Source: Paraspadella gotoi (Eukaryota; Animalia; Chaetognatha). From it: a stretch of DNA of 64,000 bases. Position 1 is the first letter of the stretch, and every line of letters starts with the position of its first letter. Positions 1 through 42,152 of the stretch are shown one piece after another. The stretch spans positions 11,539,113 to 11,603,112 of the forward strand of contig CM119266.1 in assembly GCA_051294375.1 (NCBI GenBank), read 5' to 3'. The notes beneath the pieces were generated by a model that saw only the letters and a list, made by a program, of their open reading frames with translations, had not been told where the DNA came from and made no database searches. The position numbers were made by a program, and so were the translations under genes.

Positions 1-664
1 TACTAGAAATAATAATATCGTTTTTCGATTTGGTTAAGCGGCTGATAGTAAGAAAAAGAAAAGAGCTATCGCACGCTTCACCAAGATCGAATCAAACTGG
101 TTTTTTAAAAAAAAAGTCTATCCGTTTTGTTCTTGCTTTTGGCACAAATCGAATTAAAGGTTGAAAGTTCAAAACCGCGAAAAGCAGACAAAAAGAATTA
201 TTAAAGTGAAAGAAAGAGAGACAGAGAGTGTGTTTGAACTCTTTGTAACGGTGTTTTTTCTGACGATGCGCTTCGAACGACAAGAACCGTTAGGTTAAAC
301 TACATTTTTTTTCTCTCTTTCACTTCTGCGTTTTAATCGTTTTTTATATCGAACACGAAGAAGATATTTTAACTAGATTTTTCTTCAACGACAAAATACG
401 CAATAAACCAGAGAACAACAAAATAAGAAAGAGGCCTCCTATTTAAAAAAAAGAAATATAAAACACGATTTACTGGCCGTCAATTTAACAAAAACTTTTA
501 AAAAATGGCTTTTTGTTGCGTCTGAGATTCATTCGTATTTTGTTAAATTTGCCAAGCATTCACAAAAACGTTCGAAGCAAAATTCTACCATGTTATTCTG
601 CGAATGTTACATGATATATTTTAAGTTCATGTTAATTTAAATTTTATTAAGAAATCGACACAAA

Positions 665-1332
665 ATGTCGTTTGGTCTTTTCAATTGGGGGAGGTCGATT
701 TGGAAAGCAGCTGTGGACATTATCTCTCCCTCCAACTCTGAGAAACCAACGCCCGAGGGTAAGTTTGCAAACTGAGAAAATCGTTGAAGGAATAGGAAAA
801 AAAGAAGGGAAAAAAAAAGTATAAAATAAAAATTAGAAACAGATAAAGGATAAACAGAGTAAGGAAGCTCAATTTCTCTTTTTCCTTTTTAAACAAAATA
901 TTCAGCTTGCCCGTTTCATCGATTTTTTTCTAACCTTATCTTTTAAATTTGACAATACCGAATATAACCTCAGTTTCGAAACTGGCTTTCTCTTTAATCA
1001 ATCCACAAGGATCAGAGAACGAGAGGAAAAAATCAAGTTTCCCTTTACCTCTTGATTGGTTAATCGGTCTCAAAGTTGACCGAGTTTTGTGGTTCGTGAG
1101 TCGCAATGTTTTGTTTTAATTATAAAAAGGTGTAGTAGTTTAGAATTAGTTTATATTGTACAAAAGTTTCACTTCGTATGTGAAATTTTATCAATGAAAT
1201 CACAAACTTATAAAGGGCCAATTCTTCCAGTCGTAAAAAGTCTTTTTCAACAAGTACGGGTCTGGATGTGTGCACTAACCTTTTATTCTCTTTCTCAGTT
1301 TATGATTTTCGCTAACTCATTCACTATGTTGA

Positions 1333-1431
<99 letters not shown>

Positions 1432-4271
1432 CCGGGTATGAAAAAGGAAAACAAATGATTAAAAAGCAAACAGCCCAAGAAAAAAGAAAAAAATGAAAAA
1501 ACGAGGAATTAAAAATTAGAAAGAAAAAAAAATCGGTTTCGAATTTAACTTTTGAAAAATAATCTTTAAATTTTTTTTCTTCTTCGACAGAAGATGAAGA
1601 TTCTTCTCCGTCGGTCGAAGTCGGCGAAGTCGTCGTCGCCGTCGCCGAAGAGGAGATCCCACAGCCACGCCCACTTCCGCCACTCCACCCTCCGCCACCC
1701 CACGTCCACCACTCCGATCGCCAAACCCCCTTCCCCGATTCCACCCTCTTCCACCAACGCCACCCCGACGTCGAGACTCTCCTCCTCCTTCAGTTTTCGA
1801 CGAATTCGTGAGAGATTCGGGTCTCAAGACAAACTGCAACAACAGCAACAACAGCAACAGAAACAGCAAGACGAGCGACTCCAGCAAGACCTTCTCCATC
1901 AAGAAGAGCTGGATCAGATGGGATGGAGCGAGAGGGCGGTCCGACGTTGGGCGTGGCCCCGTCGTCGCGACGTCTCCTCCGATCTCGACACAAAAATCTG
2001 ATTCGCGAAAAAAATCGAGATCGAAATTCGAGACACAAAAATCGTCGAGTCTCGATTCGGGATCGAAAACCGACGACGACGACAAAAACGACGACGAAAA
2101 AGTTGATGTAAAAAACCAGGGAGCAGAGAGTCGTCAAATTTTTGCGCCGACCGAAGCCGGGGAGACGACGACGATTACGACGACGAGGACGACGACGCCG
2201 CCGCCGCTAAACAAATCGAAATCCATTTTCGGGAGAAAATCCAAACGAAATTCGTCGACGAAAAAAATCGAAAATTCGTCGTCGTCGTCGTCGTCGTCGT
2301 CGTTCGTCGCCGGCGGAAAATTTGGACTCAATGACGAAACCGGGTGACGGTGACGGAAGGGAGACGCCCTCGACGGTTACGATGACGGCAACGGCAGAAA
2401 CGACGATGACGACGACGAAAGCGATCGACCGAGGTCGATTATTCGATTCTCCCGTCGGCGGTTCGTCGTTCGAGTCCGAAGAACTGTTGTCAACGGCGAA
2501 GACGAAGAAATCCACGACGAAGTCGTCGAGGAAAAGTAAAAAATCTACGGCGAAGACGAACGACGACGAAGAGGGAAGACTCGTGTCGGAATCGTCGAAG
2601 ATCGATTCGCCGAAGATCGAACCGCCAATATCGTCTAAAAACGCCGCGGCGTCGCTCGAAAAGAATTCTGAACGCCTCCCGACGCCGGATCTCGGTAAGA
2701 AACCGACGCCGAGAGAAGCGTCGCCGGATGAAAGAGCGCCGGAATCTCCCGTCGCCGACGAGACGAAAGCGAAGAAATCCAAATCGAGGTTTAAATTCTT
2801 TCGATCGAAGAGCGAAGATCGAGAGGAAGAGGAGATGGACAAAGTCGGGGATAAGAAGGACAAAGGAGATGAAAAAAAGGACAAAGACGTCGCGGGAAAA
2901 AAGAAAAGCGCCGAAGGAAAGACGTCGAGCCCTTCGATGCTCAAAAACATTTTCGTCGGGACTAAATCTTCCAAAAATCTAGAGACCAAAGACGAAGAGG
3001 ATGACGAGGAGTTCCTGGCGCTCAAGAAGTCCTTGGAGGAAGAGTTCGAGGTCTCCCTCGCAGCCAGAGACGCCGCCTTCGCCGTCGAGCGTCGGGCGTT
3101 GGAAGCGAGGGAGAGAGAGTTGAAGGAGGCGACGGAGCGCGGGGAAGAGCGCAACCGAACAGCGGCTTCGGCGATGGAGGAAATGAAGAGGACGCTCAAG
3201 CAGCATGAGTCGACGATACAACGTTTGATACAGAAGGAGGACGAGAGAGCGGCGGGTAAGGCTTGGGGTGGGTGAGAGGGAATGATGGTGCGGTGTCTGT
3301 AGTGCAAAGTAGATCGCAATGTTTACTTTTAAACTGAAGGATTCATCTTGTTGTTTGTCATTACGTCATTTTACCTACGATTTCCTTTCCATTTTTCCTC
3401 AATCTTCAAACCCCCCCCCAGGTCACGGTCCAGAAGGCAACGAAGCCCTGCTTCGTCAGGTGGAGGCGGAGCGGGACGCCGCGCTGAGCGACTTCAACGC
3501 GATGGAGGAGAACTTTTCCGAGATTCATCGAAGGTACGAAAAGTCGAAGACGATCGCCGACGGATTCAAGCGGAACGAGGATGCGCTTCAGAGATGCTTG
3601 GAGGATTTCCAGGACGCCGTCGTCATGGAGCAGCGCCGATACGAGGTTGTTGTTGGTTGTAAGTTAGTATTTTTATTGATTGTTCTAAATTGTATATATT
3701 GTAGTACATAGATCTACGTCTTGTATTTGATTACTGAAACAATCCATCTCACCGCACCTTTCTTGCCCTTAGGAGCTGAAGCAGCACGCGGACGAGAAAC
3801 TCGAGATGGCGAATCTCGGGATTCAGAAGGAGAAGGTCACGTTGAAGGTAGAGAAGGAGAAGCTCAACGCCGCCATTAAGGTAAGGACGGGTAAGGTCGT
3901 CTTGGAATTAATAATATGCAAAACCATTTTAAATTTATTTCAATTTATTCTCCCATCGCCAGGTGGCGGAGACGCGCATGAAGAATCTCTCCACGGAACT
4001 GGAAGAGCGTCGCTCGGAAGGCGTGGAACTCCACGCCATCTGCGACGAACTTATCTCTAAAGTGGGCGGCGACGCCGCCCGACTCACGGACGGGGGTTTC
4101 GCCGGCGGGGGTGGGGCGCCGGTCGCGTGGGGTAACGAGGACGACGAAGACTTGGAAACAATGGCGGGAAACGACCGAAGGCGAGGAAACGGGTCAACGA
4201 TGACGACGACGAGAGCGACGAATCGCGGCGCGACGGAAACGCGACGATCGGCGCCGAGGAGAAAAACTTGA
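665..4271 (+). CDS. TACC: Transforming acidic coiled-coil (TACC) domain protein, spliced; exons ~665-758, 1591-3255, 3422-3645, 3773-3880, 3963-4271
   Basis: C-terminal exons join in phase via GT-AG introns to give ...EAERDAALSDFNAMEENFSEIHRRYEKSKTIADGFKRNEDALQRCLEDFQ...RYE|ELKQHADEKLEMAN...|...ELEERRSEGVELHAICDELISKVG, the TACC-domain signature. The long low-complexity S/K/E exon needs about two frameshifts (~1780 and ~2320) to stay open. Confidence 0.85.
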
Positions 4272-5000
4272 ACGAATAATTAGTCTGTTTTTGTTTTTGT
4301 TTTTTTTTTTAATAATTTTCGATTTTCGTTTAATCTCCTCGTTCGTTATCGTTTCTGATTAATTTGTTATCTTTTCGGATCTAACCGTCTTTCAATTTTC
4401 AACTACATATCTATCTATATAGAATTGTCAAATTTACGGAATTTTACAGTTGATAAAGCTTTGAGAAAAAGTTTTTAAATAATATTGCTGAAGATTTTTA
4501 ACTTACTGACACATTTTGATTATAATATTCGCTGAAGTAATTAAATTCTTTTTCCTTATAGTTAGCTTATTCAGTCTTATTGATAGTTAATCAAAATATA
4601 TTTCAGAATTATTACAATAAGCATCCGATTTTAAAGCTACAAAAAAAACAAACAAATATTTACAAAATATTCACAAAACTGAACAAATATTAACAAAATT
4701 TTAAAAGGTTCGCTTTTCACGTAAAAAGTTTTTCGATCTTGTGAAACGAAATCCATTTTCTGTAAAATTATATTATTATGAAAATCTAATAAATTCTTTG
4801 CCAGATCCGCTTTTAATATTTTCAATCATAGGTTATACATGAGAGCGCATTTCAATGAGAACTCAATCTTGGTGGTGCAATCATTTGGAGCAGAATTCTA
4901 GAAGAGAGAATGTGTGGTGCAATTCTTTGACAGTCAAATTCTGAAGTTCTAAAGTGGGCGGGCGGTCAGAATTGACCAGGTAAAAAATCAAATGTACTCG

Positions 5001-6037
5001 TTAATTCAAGGTAGGTATGAATCTAAGAGTCGACTCGGCGCATCGTGAGAATTTGGTCAGAAAATGATCGGCGACTCGACGCGGCATATCGAGCAGGTTT
5101 TGATACGGGTTGACCGGATTCAAAAGAAGCGGGATTTGACTGCGAACCTCACTGGGAACCTCGTTCGGTCTGTACAGGCAACTTTTGAAAATTATCTTAG
5201 CCATTTTCAAGTCACGAACTTTTTCGAGAAATCCACGAAAGGCTCGAACATACGATTCGTCGTCTCCAAAGACTCTGGCACGCCTCAATTCCTCCTCAGC
5301 CGCGGCGACGGCGACGAGCTCGAAGATGTAAGACTTCCCCCAAACTTTCCTATCATAGGGGATCATTTGGACCCAATATTTGGCGATGAGACCCATCTCG
5401 CGGCAAAGTGGCTCGCGCTGTTTCATCCACTTGACGCTCTGGATGGAGAGGGTCAAGGTCTTCTGTTCTTCCATAGGATCCTCTGATCTTCTCACCACTT
5501 TGAGATCTTCTCTCAGCTGCGTAATCGCCACGTCCCCCTGGCTGTTGTCGATGACGCGGTTGGGCACCGCGACCAGGTCGATGTGGATATCGCGAAAGAC
5601 GAAGCCCAAGAGGAATTCCGTCTCGCGAATTTTCGCCCTTCGGAGATTCGTGTGGGATACAAGAACATTCCTCCAATCGGCGAGCACCGGAGGACGATCC
5701 ACTTCCTCGTTGTAATAGATGCAGGCGTCTAAGTCGAGTTGGACGCTGGTCGAAGTTCCCTTGGCTACGCTGCCCACAATGCGGCATCGATCCAGAGAGA
5801 ATTGGGAATTTTGTTGCAAGATTTGGAAGACATCCTTCATGACCTTTGCGAATCGGGGAAAAAAACATTTATTTTTTTATACAAGCAAATCGAATCAAAA
5901 AGAAAACGACAAACCTGACGAGCCTTTCGTTTCCATGCCCTCGGCGGAGGTAACGAAACTGTTAAATCTTGAAGGTAATCTTCGACCTCATCCGGCGATC
6001 TGCTAGCCAGACTTCTATTCATCACGTGTGAATTCAT
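5001..6037 (-). CDS. 2'-5' oligoadenylate synthetase (OAS)-like nucleotidyltransferase, 2 exons (6037-5915, 5843-5001), ~321 aa
   Basis: Pol-beta NTase motif VGSVAKGT...DLD plus third Asp (HIDLV). OAS C-lobe-like motifs KQREPLCREMGLIAKYW, SYIFELVAV, AFRGFLE and PLLLNPVNPYQNL. Phase-0 GT-AG intron at 5914-5844. Confidence 0.88.
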
Positions 6038-7020
6038 TTTTATTGAAAAATAGATTTAAATTTGGATTTGAAAAGTAATAACGTTTATTTTGGTGAGCAT
6101 TGGCGAGCTCCAAATGATCCCATGAAAAGCATGATTCAGCACTATTTTTCCGAGTAGTATTTCCTATCGGAATCTAATTGTTTTCCAATTGGGAAAGTAT
6201 TTCGAAATTCGTCGAAAATTTTCCATCAACTGATTGGTCGATGAAGGTTCCATCTCGACCAATCATGATACGGTGATTCCATTTCTGCGGATATCGCTCG
6301 ATCTTTCGATCCGTTTTGGGATAAGTTGATTATCCTTCGATGTCATCTTCGTAAATTAGAATAAAACAAATGGGAAGTGAAATAAAAAAATATTTTGAGA
6401 GAATGACATTGAGCGTCAATGAAGAAACTTTTAACATTTTAAATACTTTAGCATTTGCACTTTTTGTCTAAGTTATAAAAAAAGTGATTGATAAGTAACT
6501 CCATTTCAACCACTAAAATTCTTTCTATTGTAAATTGCCGTAAAACTTTCACGGCAATTACTTAACCAGTTTGCTATTACGTAGGTATCATTTCGAAAAA
6601 CTTATATACGTAAATGATGAGTAAAATAAAATGCTATTCGCAAAATATAAATTCTGTCTGTCTGGGATCTTCAATTTCTCCGAACCGACTAAAGTGGTGT
6701 GCTATTTTGTTTAACCGTTGGAGAAAAAAAAAACTCCTGGCGCCGTGTTACGGCTGAAAGGATCTTTGTTTGGGCTTTTGATGTCATGAAAGCGGCTTCA
6801 CGAAAACTCTTCCAAAGAATACACTTGCTCCTAACTCGTTACGGCGTCCAAGCAGAATCTCTTTGTTTCCTCAGGAAAATCTGACTACTCTTCTCTGAAC
6901 AAAAAACAAATCTGATCTGCTCGATTAACAACAACAGCCGCGCGACAAAATATACGTACTGGAGCTCTAAAAGTATAATTATGATTCAAGACTCGGATCA
7001 AGCGAATAAACTTGCAAAAG

Positions 7021-7578
7021 ATGAAAAAGAATCATCGCCGGAGGTTTGTTAATGGGAACATATTCGTCGGCAAGTTCGATGCTTCTTATCGATTTTTTTT
7101 CCCGGTCACTCTTAGACCAAAACGAACGAAAACGATGGAGACAGAGTGGACAGCGACGATAGGCATCCCGTACGAGAGAGAGGCGTCAGCGAAAACCGTG
7201 GAAATCCTTCCTCAGATTCTGCGAGGTGAGTTTTATTTATTTATTTTTTTAAATTAATTGTCCGGTTAAATTCATTATCATTATTATTAACGACTGAACG
7301 AATTACAGCCGGGACGGATCCCAAGTGAAAAGGCCGGAATCCAGGCCCGAACAAGGTTTTTCAAGGTTTGTTGTATTCATTGGCATTTGGTATTTTATTT
7401 TAATTCGCTAATTATTAAACGATTTCGTCAAAATATACAGTAGCATCACGAATAGCGACGATCCGGAACTCGTCGAGTCGCGACTCTTCATCGGAAATCT
7501 ACCAACGGATCAAGTGGGCAAAAGAGAAGTTGAAGAAAAGTTCTGCAAATACGGAAAGATTCTTGGTGAGAGAGAGAG

Positions 7579-7627
<49 letters not shown>

Positions 7628-10053
7628 TTTTATTTCTATTTCTCTACCGAATTCTGTTTTATGCTACAGGGTGTTCAGTCCACAAAGGATTCGGATTCAT
7701 CCAGTACGAACGCGTGGAAGAAGCCAGACTGGCCATCAAGGAAGAAGGTGGGACTTTGTATCACGGTTTGAAAATCGATGTCAAGCTCGCCAAAGAAGGG
7801 AGAGGCGGGAACCCACCGCTGAAACGACCTTACCATCAGACCAACCAATACGACAAGCACAAACCTGCCCGGGAAGAATATAGAAGGTGACTTTTTTATT
7901 TTTGTTTTGTTTTGTTTTGTTTTGTTACTGTTATAGTAACAGGATATGAGCTGTGGATTGTTACCGTTTCTTTATTTTTATAGTCGTGGACGTGAACCCC
8001 CACCTCCTTCGGATAGATATTATCCCGAAAGATCGCGATCCCCGCACGGCTACGACCGAAGAGAAGACTCCTATCGGCGAGAAGCTTATCCGCCAAGGTG
8101 ATATCAATTGTAGTTCAAATTTTCTCTGTGGAATTCTATTATGAAATTAATAATTACCCATTCATTTACTAAATGAGCTATCCTGGCCTTAATATACAAT
8201 TGATTATTTCCGAGTTTTAATTGATTGTTTGAATTGTCGTCGCTAACCAATCTAAAACGATGGATGACTGGTTTAGGCCTTGAACCAACCAATCAATCAA
8301 TCAATAAATCAAATATTTATCAGTATTTAGACGTTCCCTGTTGGTACTAATTATTTATTATATTGAGGAAAAAAAAGTCAAAAATCTAATGTGTAGTTAA
8401 ATTTTTAAAACTTTTTTATTAAAAATAAATAAAGTTATTATTATCAAAACCAAAAGTACGTTTTAGATTTAGTGACAAAAATAGGCCGCATTAAAATAAA
8501 CTTTTTAATCTAAAAATATAATGGAAGCAATATATATATATTTTTAGCCGTGAACGTGATTACGCTCGTCGTGACGAACACTACGAATACAAACGTCCGT
8601 CGGGTTACGACGAATATCACCGAAGGGATGACCCGTATAGACGCGCCGAGGAGGATCACGCCAAAAGGTATGTCATTGTCAAGATGTCATTTAATAAAAT
8701 ATATTTCTATACGGAAATAAATAGTAGCGATGAGAGGGAATCTTCTTTCAAGATTCTTTAGCGAACAAAAAAAAATTAAGCTTTGTTCAAAAATCTTCAC
8801 CCCTTTATTTCAGAGAAGCTCGCGAACGGCCCGCGCCTCCGCCACCAGCCAGTGATCCCGTAAAAGATCGACCGATTGACGCTTACTTCATCGTCATTCA
8901 CAAATTGCAGAGAAGTTACTCTGAGAGCATCGAGAACCGTCTCAAAGAATACGGCGTCTTGACCGATATGGTCTTTCTGACCGACGAAAAGAATCTTCAA
9001 CCAGTAAGTGATGACGTGAAAATATATATATATATATATTTTTTTTTTTATAGAATTTTATTAGTTGTAACCAAATTGGATCCTAGGCCATTGAGGATAT
9101 CGGAAGACGAGGAGCTCTGTACGCGATAACAGTCTCGCAACAACACGAAATGCACAGATCTTTGACTCTTAATATTTTGCAAGGGACTCCTCAAGGTAAA
9201 AAAACGGGTCTAAAGGAGTCGTATTTAATGCTTTCTCATTGCTTGGTCTCGTACTTGATTTTATTTTCTGAAGTATGTTTTCGCTTGAAACTTTGTTGTA
9301 TTTTACGAAACCTGGTAAAATATATAGAATTAATTTTAAACAATGTTTTAATCACGCTGAGGAAGCAGGTAGTTCATAGTTTTCATCCTTTCTTTAGAAT
9401 ATTCTAAAAGACCCTCAACTACAAGAACTTACTCTATTTTTCAAAACAAAAGCACAACTTTTCGACTTTTTTTTTATTTTCTGCATATTTTCCGTCGATT
9501 TTCAAATTTTAAAATCGTCTTTTAAAATTTTTTTCCGTTTTTTATTTTTAAAGACTTTGAAAAAATAACCGATAAAAACAATTTAAAATTAACGTTTTCC
9601 CCGATTTTCGTTTTTTTTTTCGACGCCGTATTTTCGAAACCAATTTTTCATACATTAGAAGACATGCAGAACTAGGTTTTCATATTTTAAATATTTTCTA
9701 CTATCGCAGAACACCGAAATATGCCCTTGGAGGATGCCATAAGTTTTATTTCGAAAAGTTTTGACGACTACATCTCCATTTTAAAAGGTAAAAAAATTAA
9801 ATTCTTTGTTTTACCTCAATTAAAACGTTTCAACAACCGATCTCTCTCTCAATTCTTTTTTTCAGAAAAAGCAGAGAGACAACGAAAAGAGGAAGCGATG
9901 AAAGTTCCACTGACACATTTGCTCAGTTATCTGGCCGACGGTCGATACCTCACTGTCGAGGAATTGGACAGAATTCAATATCATATAAGAGATCGAAAAA
10001 ATCGACTACTGGCATCGAAAGGATTGCCGGCAGAACCTTCACCTGGATATTAA
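7021..10053 (+). CDS. NCOA5: Nuclear receptor coactivator 5-like (RRM, RD-rich region, anticodon-binding-like domain), ~10-11 exons; 5' end uncertain
   Basis: RRM: SRLFIGNLPTDQVGKREVEEKFCKYGKILG|CSVHKGFGFIQYERVEEARLAI. NCOA5 core: QRSYSESIENRLKEYGVLTDMVFL...|ALEDIGRRGALYAITVSQQHEMHRSLTLNILQGTPQ|EHRNMPLEDAISFI and LSYLADGRYLTVEELDRI. Confidence 0.88.
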
Positions 10054-10407
10054 ATAAAGTCATTCAAAAATGTATTCAATTTTAAATTGCCTTTATTACA
10101 TTTACGTTATCTCTGAAGTTAGACCATAACAAATACACCAGCAAAGTTTTACACCATCCCAACATAAATACATGATTGGCTAAATTAAAATACGAAATAA
10201 TGGGGAATAATACACTAAACTCAGGTGAAAATATATTTAAAATTGAGAATTTAATTGAAATAATGGAAGACATCACAAATATTTAAGTATATTTTGTCCA
10301 AAAATATCAGTCGGATTTATTTTCTTTATTATCGTCAATTTAAAGGTAAAAATTTTTGTTACCATTTCTACCAAAAAAAAATTTTTAAGTTATTACGAAA
10401 AGTATTT

Positions 10408-11294
10408 TCAATCTACAATTACTTCGACATCGCTGTCTGAATTATCCAGTGCACATAATCCTAACGGACAGCCTGTGTTTTGCTTAGAAGTTTCTTTTTC
10501 CCAAGATTTTCCCATATTTTTGCCATTTGATATTTTGATCTGCCCGCCGTTTTCCTGATTTATTTGGGAGTTGTCTGTCGGAGACTGGTAGATTTCGGTT
10601 GACACTAATTTGGAGGGAACACTTTTTATTTTCCTTGAGATTCCGTCCTTGTGATGTTTTTTTAGCAAACATTGTTTACTTGCAGACGCAATGTGAAAGT
10701 TTCCACTCTGGCCTTCGTAAGCGGCCACGCACAAGAAATTGCTCAATCTAGATTCGCCGCGCAACGTCTTGCGCCATTTTGCGCGGCGATTTTTGAACCA
10801 GACTTCGACTCGTTCCTCTTTCAGTTCGGTCGTCATGGCGATCTCCTCTCGAAGCGACACATCCGGGTAGTGCGTTTGGAGGAACGTTGATTCCAGGACC
10901 TAAGGAATTGAATCAAGTCGTCATCAGGTGAAATAGCTTGTTAAAAGTGAGCATCTATACATTTTACAATTACGCGATTGTAATTTAAATCGCAAATTAA
11001 TTTTACTTTTAATTGTTCTTCGTTGAAGATGGTGCGATGTCGTCTTCTTCGTCTTCCTGTCGCTGATAAAGACACTGATTGTGATGCTGTCAGTGATGCT
11101 GTCATTGATGTCGATTCCGTTCGTTTTTCAGAGAGTGAACGCCACAGATGCTCTGCGTAATTGTTCCGAAGCGACGGGGGAAAACGTGGCATTTGGCTCA
11201 AAGAATTGATGAGATCGTGTGACGAGAGACGCCGCGTTAAATTGGGAGATTTAGTTAAATTTTTGAAGACATCCGTTATTGAGGAAGAACTCAT
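10408..11294 (-). CDS. gsc: Goosecoid (PRD-class K50 homeodomain), 2 exons (11294-11007, 10899-10408)
   Basis: Spliced homeodomain [14 protein letters not shown]|[50 protein letters not shown] and [12 protein letters not shown] are diagnostic of Gsc. Confidence 0.9.
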
Positions 11295-12247
11295 GACTAC
11301 GATTTTTGGCGTATGAGTTCATGTGATATACATAAGGAAAATGAAAGTTGCCTCAAAAACGAAAAAATAATAACGAATTCGACGTTGAAAACGCTGCTAA
11401 CGCAATAAAGCTGCAGAGATCAAGTTTTTAAGAAGAAAATGACGTCACTACTGTTGTCTATCGAAAATTTAAAGAGGCCTTTTTTGGAGTTGTCATTTAA
11501 TTATGATCAAATTCAAGCTCGATATATTTAATAATTAGACAAGATTTTAGTAATTTCAAAAAGAATATTTAAAAATATTATTTAAAAAGTTGCGAATAGG
11601 ACTTCATTTAAGGACCTCATTTTAATTTTTATACTCAAATGCAGTCAGGGTGTTAATAATCCAACAGTTGTATTAAAAAAAATGTGAAAAGTTACAAAAT
11701 TTTTACATTTATACATCATTTAATTGAATTTTAATTTTGTCTCTTTAATTTTTCATTACTTAACCGTGGTTAACCGTAGTGACTTTGGGTTTCTCGCCGC
11801 TCGTGTGGAATCACACGATGCCCGGCTCAAGTAGGAAAATGAGAAGGGCGATTGTTGTCCCCGCGGCTTGGCTCTGTTTGACTGCGGCATAATCCTCAAT
11901 ACCCGATCCATTAACTGGAAGGATAATCCGCGTTTCAAGATTTTGTTTGTTCGCTCTAATTACGACCGAGAGTCGGTAAGGGGGTGGGGATCTTTTTTTT
12001 TCAATCTTTTCAAAAAAAGTAAGTTAATTCGCTAGAGGGTTAACATGCCTCGGAGAAGACTAAAACTAGCTTTACTTTGGTACGACTATCATTCAAATTT
12101 TATAAATAGAGAGAGAGAGAGAGCTTTAGATTTTATTTGGAAACGATTTTGGTACAATAGAATTTGGTTTATAGACAAAGTGCGAAATCGTGATTAAGAC
12201 ATCTAAGACGATAGAAATACTGCAAGTAGGGTAAAGAAGCCTGAGGT

Positions 12248-40979
<28,732 letters not shown>

Positions 40980-41284
40980 TATTTCTTTGTTTTGTTTGTT
41001 TTTGTTTTAAATAAATCAAATAATAATAATACTTAAGCCGATTTTCGTATTTTCAGGAAGTCATTGAACCGAGTCAGCCATTTTTTTTATTTATACAAGA
41101 TTCTCTCTTATTCTCTTGCGTCCTCGGTCTCCTAGCGATGGCAAAACTCGTTCAAAACACGAAACAGGATTTTGAGTTGATGTTTTCGTGTGTTTTTTGG
41201 TTTTTTTTTTTCTTTTTTTTTCTGTCGCCGCGAAGAAAGAAAATCTGGCAAAGCGGAGAAGATGAAGTATGCCGTTGGATGTTT

Positions 41285-41439
<155 letters not shown>

Positions 41440-41912
41440 TATAAATCAGCCATCTCGTACCTCATTCTCTTTTAACATTGAGGAGTCAGGGAAACTTGGA
41501 AAAAACTGATTATAGTTAATTTTTATAACAAATAAGATTTAACGCATGTGAAAATTACACATCAATATACAGTACATCATTATACATCATTATACACACT
41601 TACGAATTACGATACATATAGTAAAAATTTCTCATTTTTCAGTTAGTATCGTTTTCCTCCTTCCCGCCGTTCTATTTTTAGCTCATTGTTTCCAGAGGAT
41701 CATGGGGGTCGAGCCTCCTCGGCTGAAGCATACGGGGCGACTTTTAGCATGCTGTCATCCCATTTCCAGATCCCGTCATGGCGATTGATAATCCCTTAAG
41801 GGAGATCTCATGTAAATTACGAGTGAAAAGTAAAGGCGCAATTGATGTTTTTCAAAACTTTTTTTTCGACTATTGAGCTAAGTCTCTATCTTTCTAAGTC
41901 TCTATCTTTTTA

Positions 41913-42021
<109 letters not shown>

Positions 42022-42152
42022 ACTCACTCTCTATCTAACTCTATTTTTCATCATATACTACATAAAAGAACTCAGCATGCAGTCAGCGAAATTTAGATTC
42101 AAATACACCTAAATCAAATTTTAAACGAGTCTCAATGCAATCAATGCTTGAA

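Noticed and set aside
1089-1496. ORFs rich in SL/ER/FLSF/KERK repeats (also at ~19100, 22200, 29900, 38000, 41300, 53400 and 57700-59200)
   Set aside because: Translations of (CT)n, (AG)n, (CTTT)n and (CTTTT)n microsatellites in introns or intergenic DNA.
2207-3319. 370 aa minus-strand ORF
   Set aside because: Antisense shadow of the low-complexity TACC exon.
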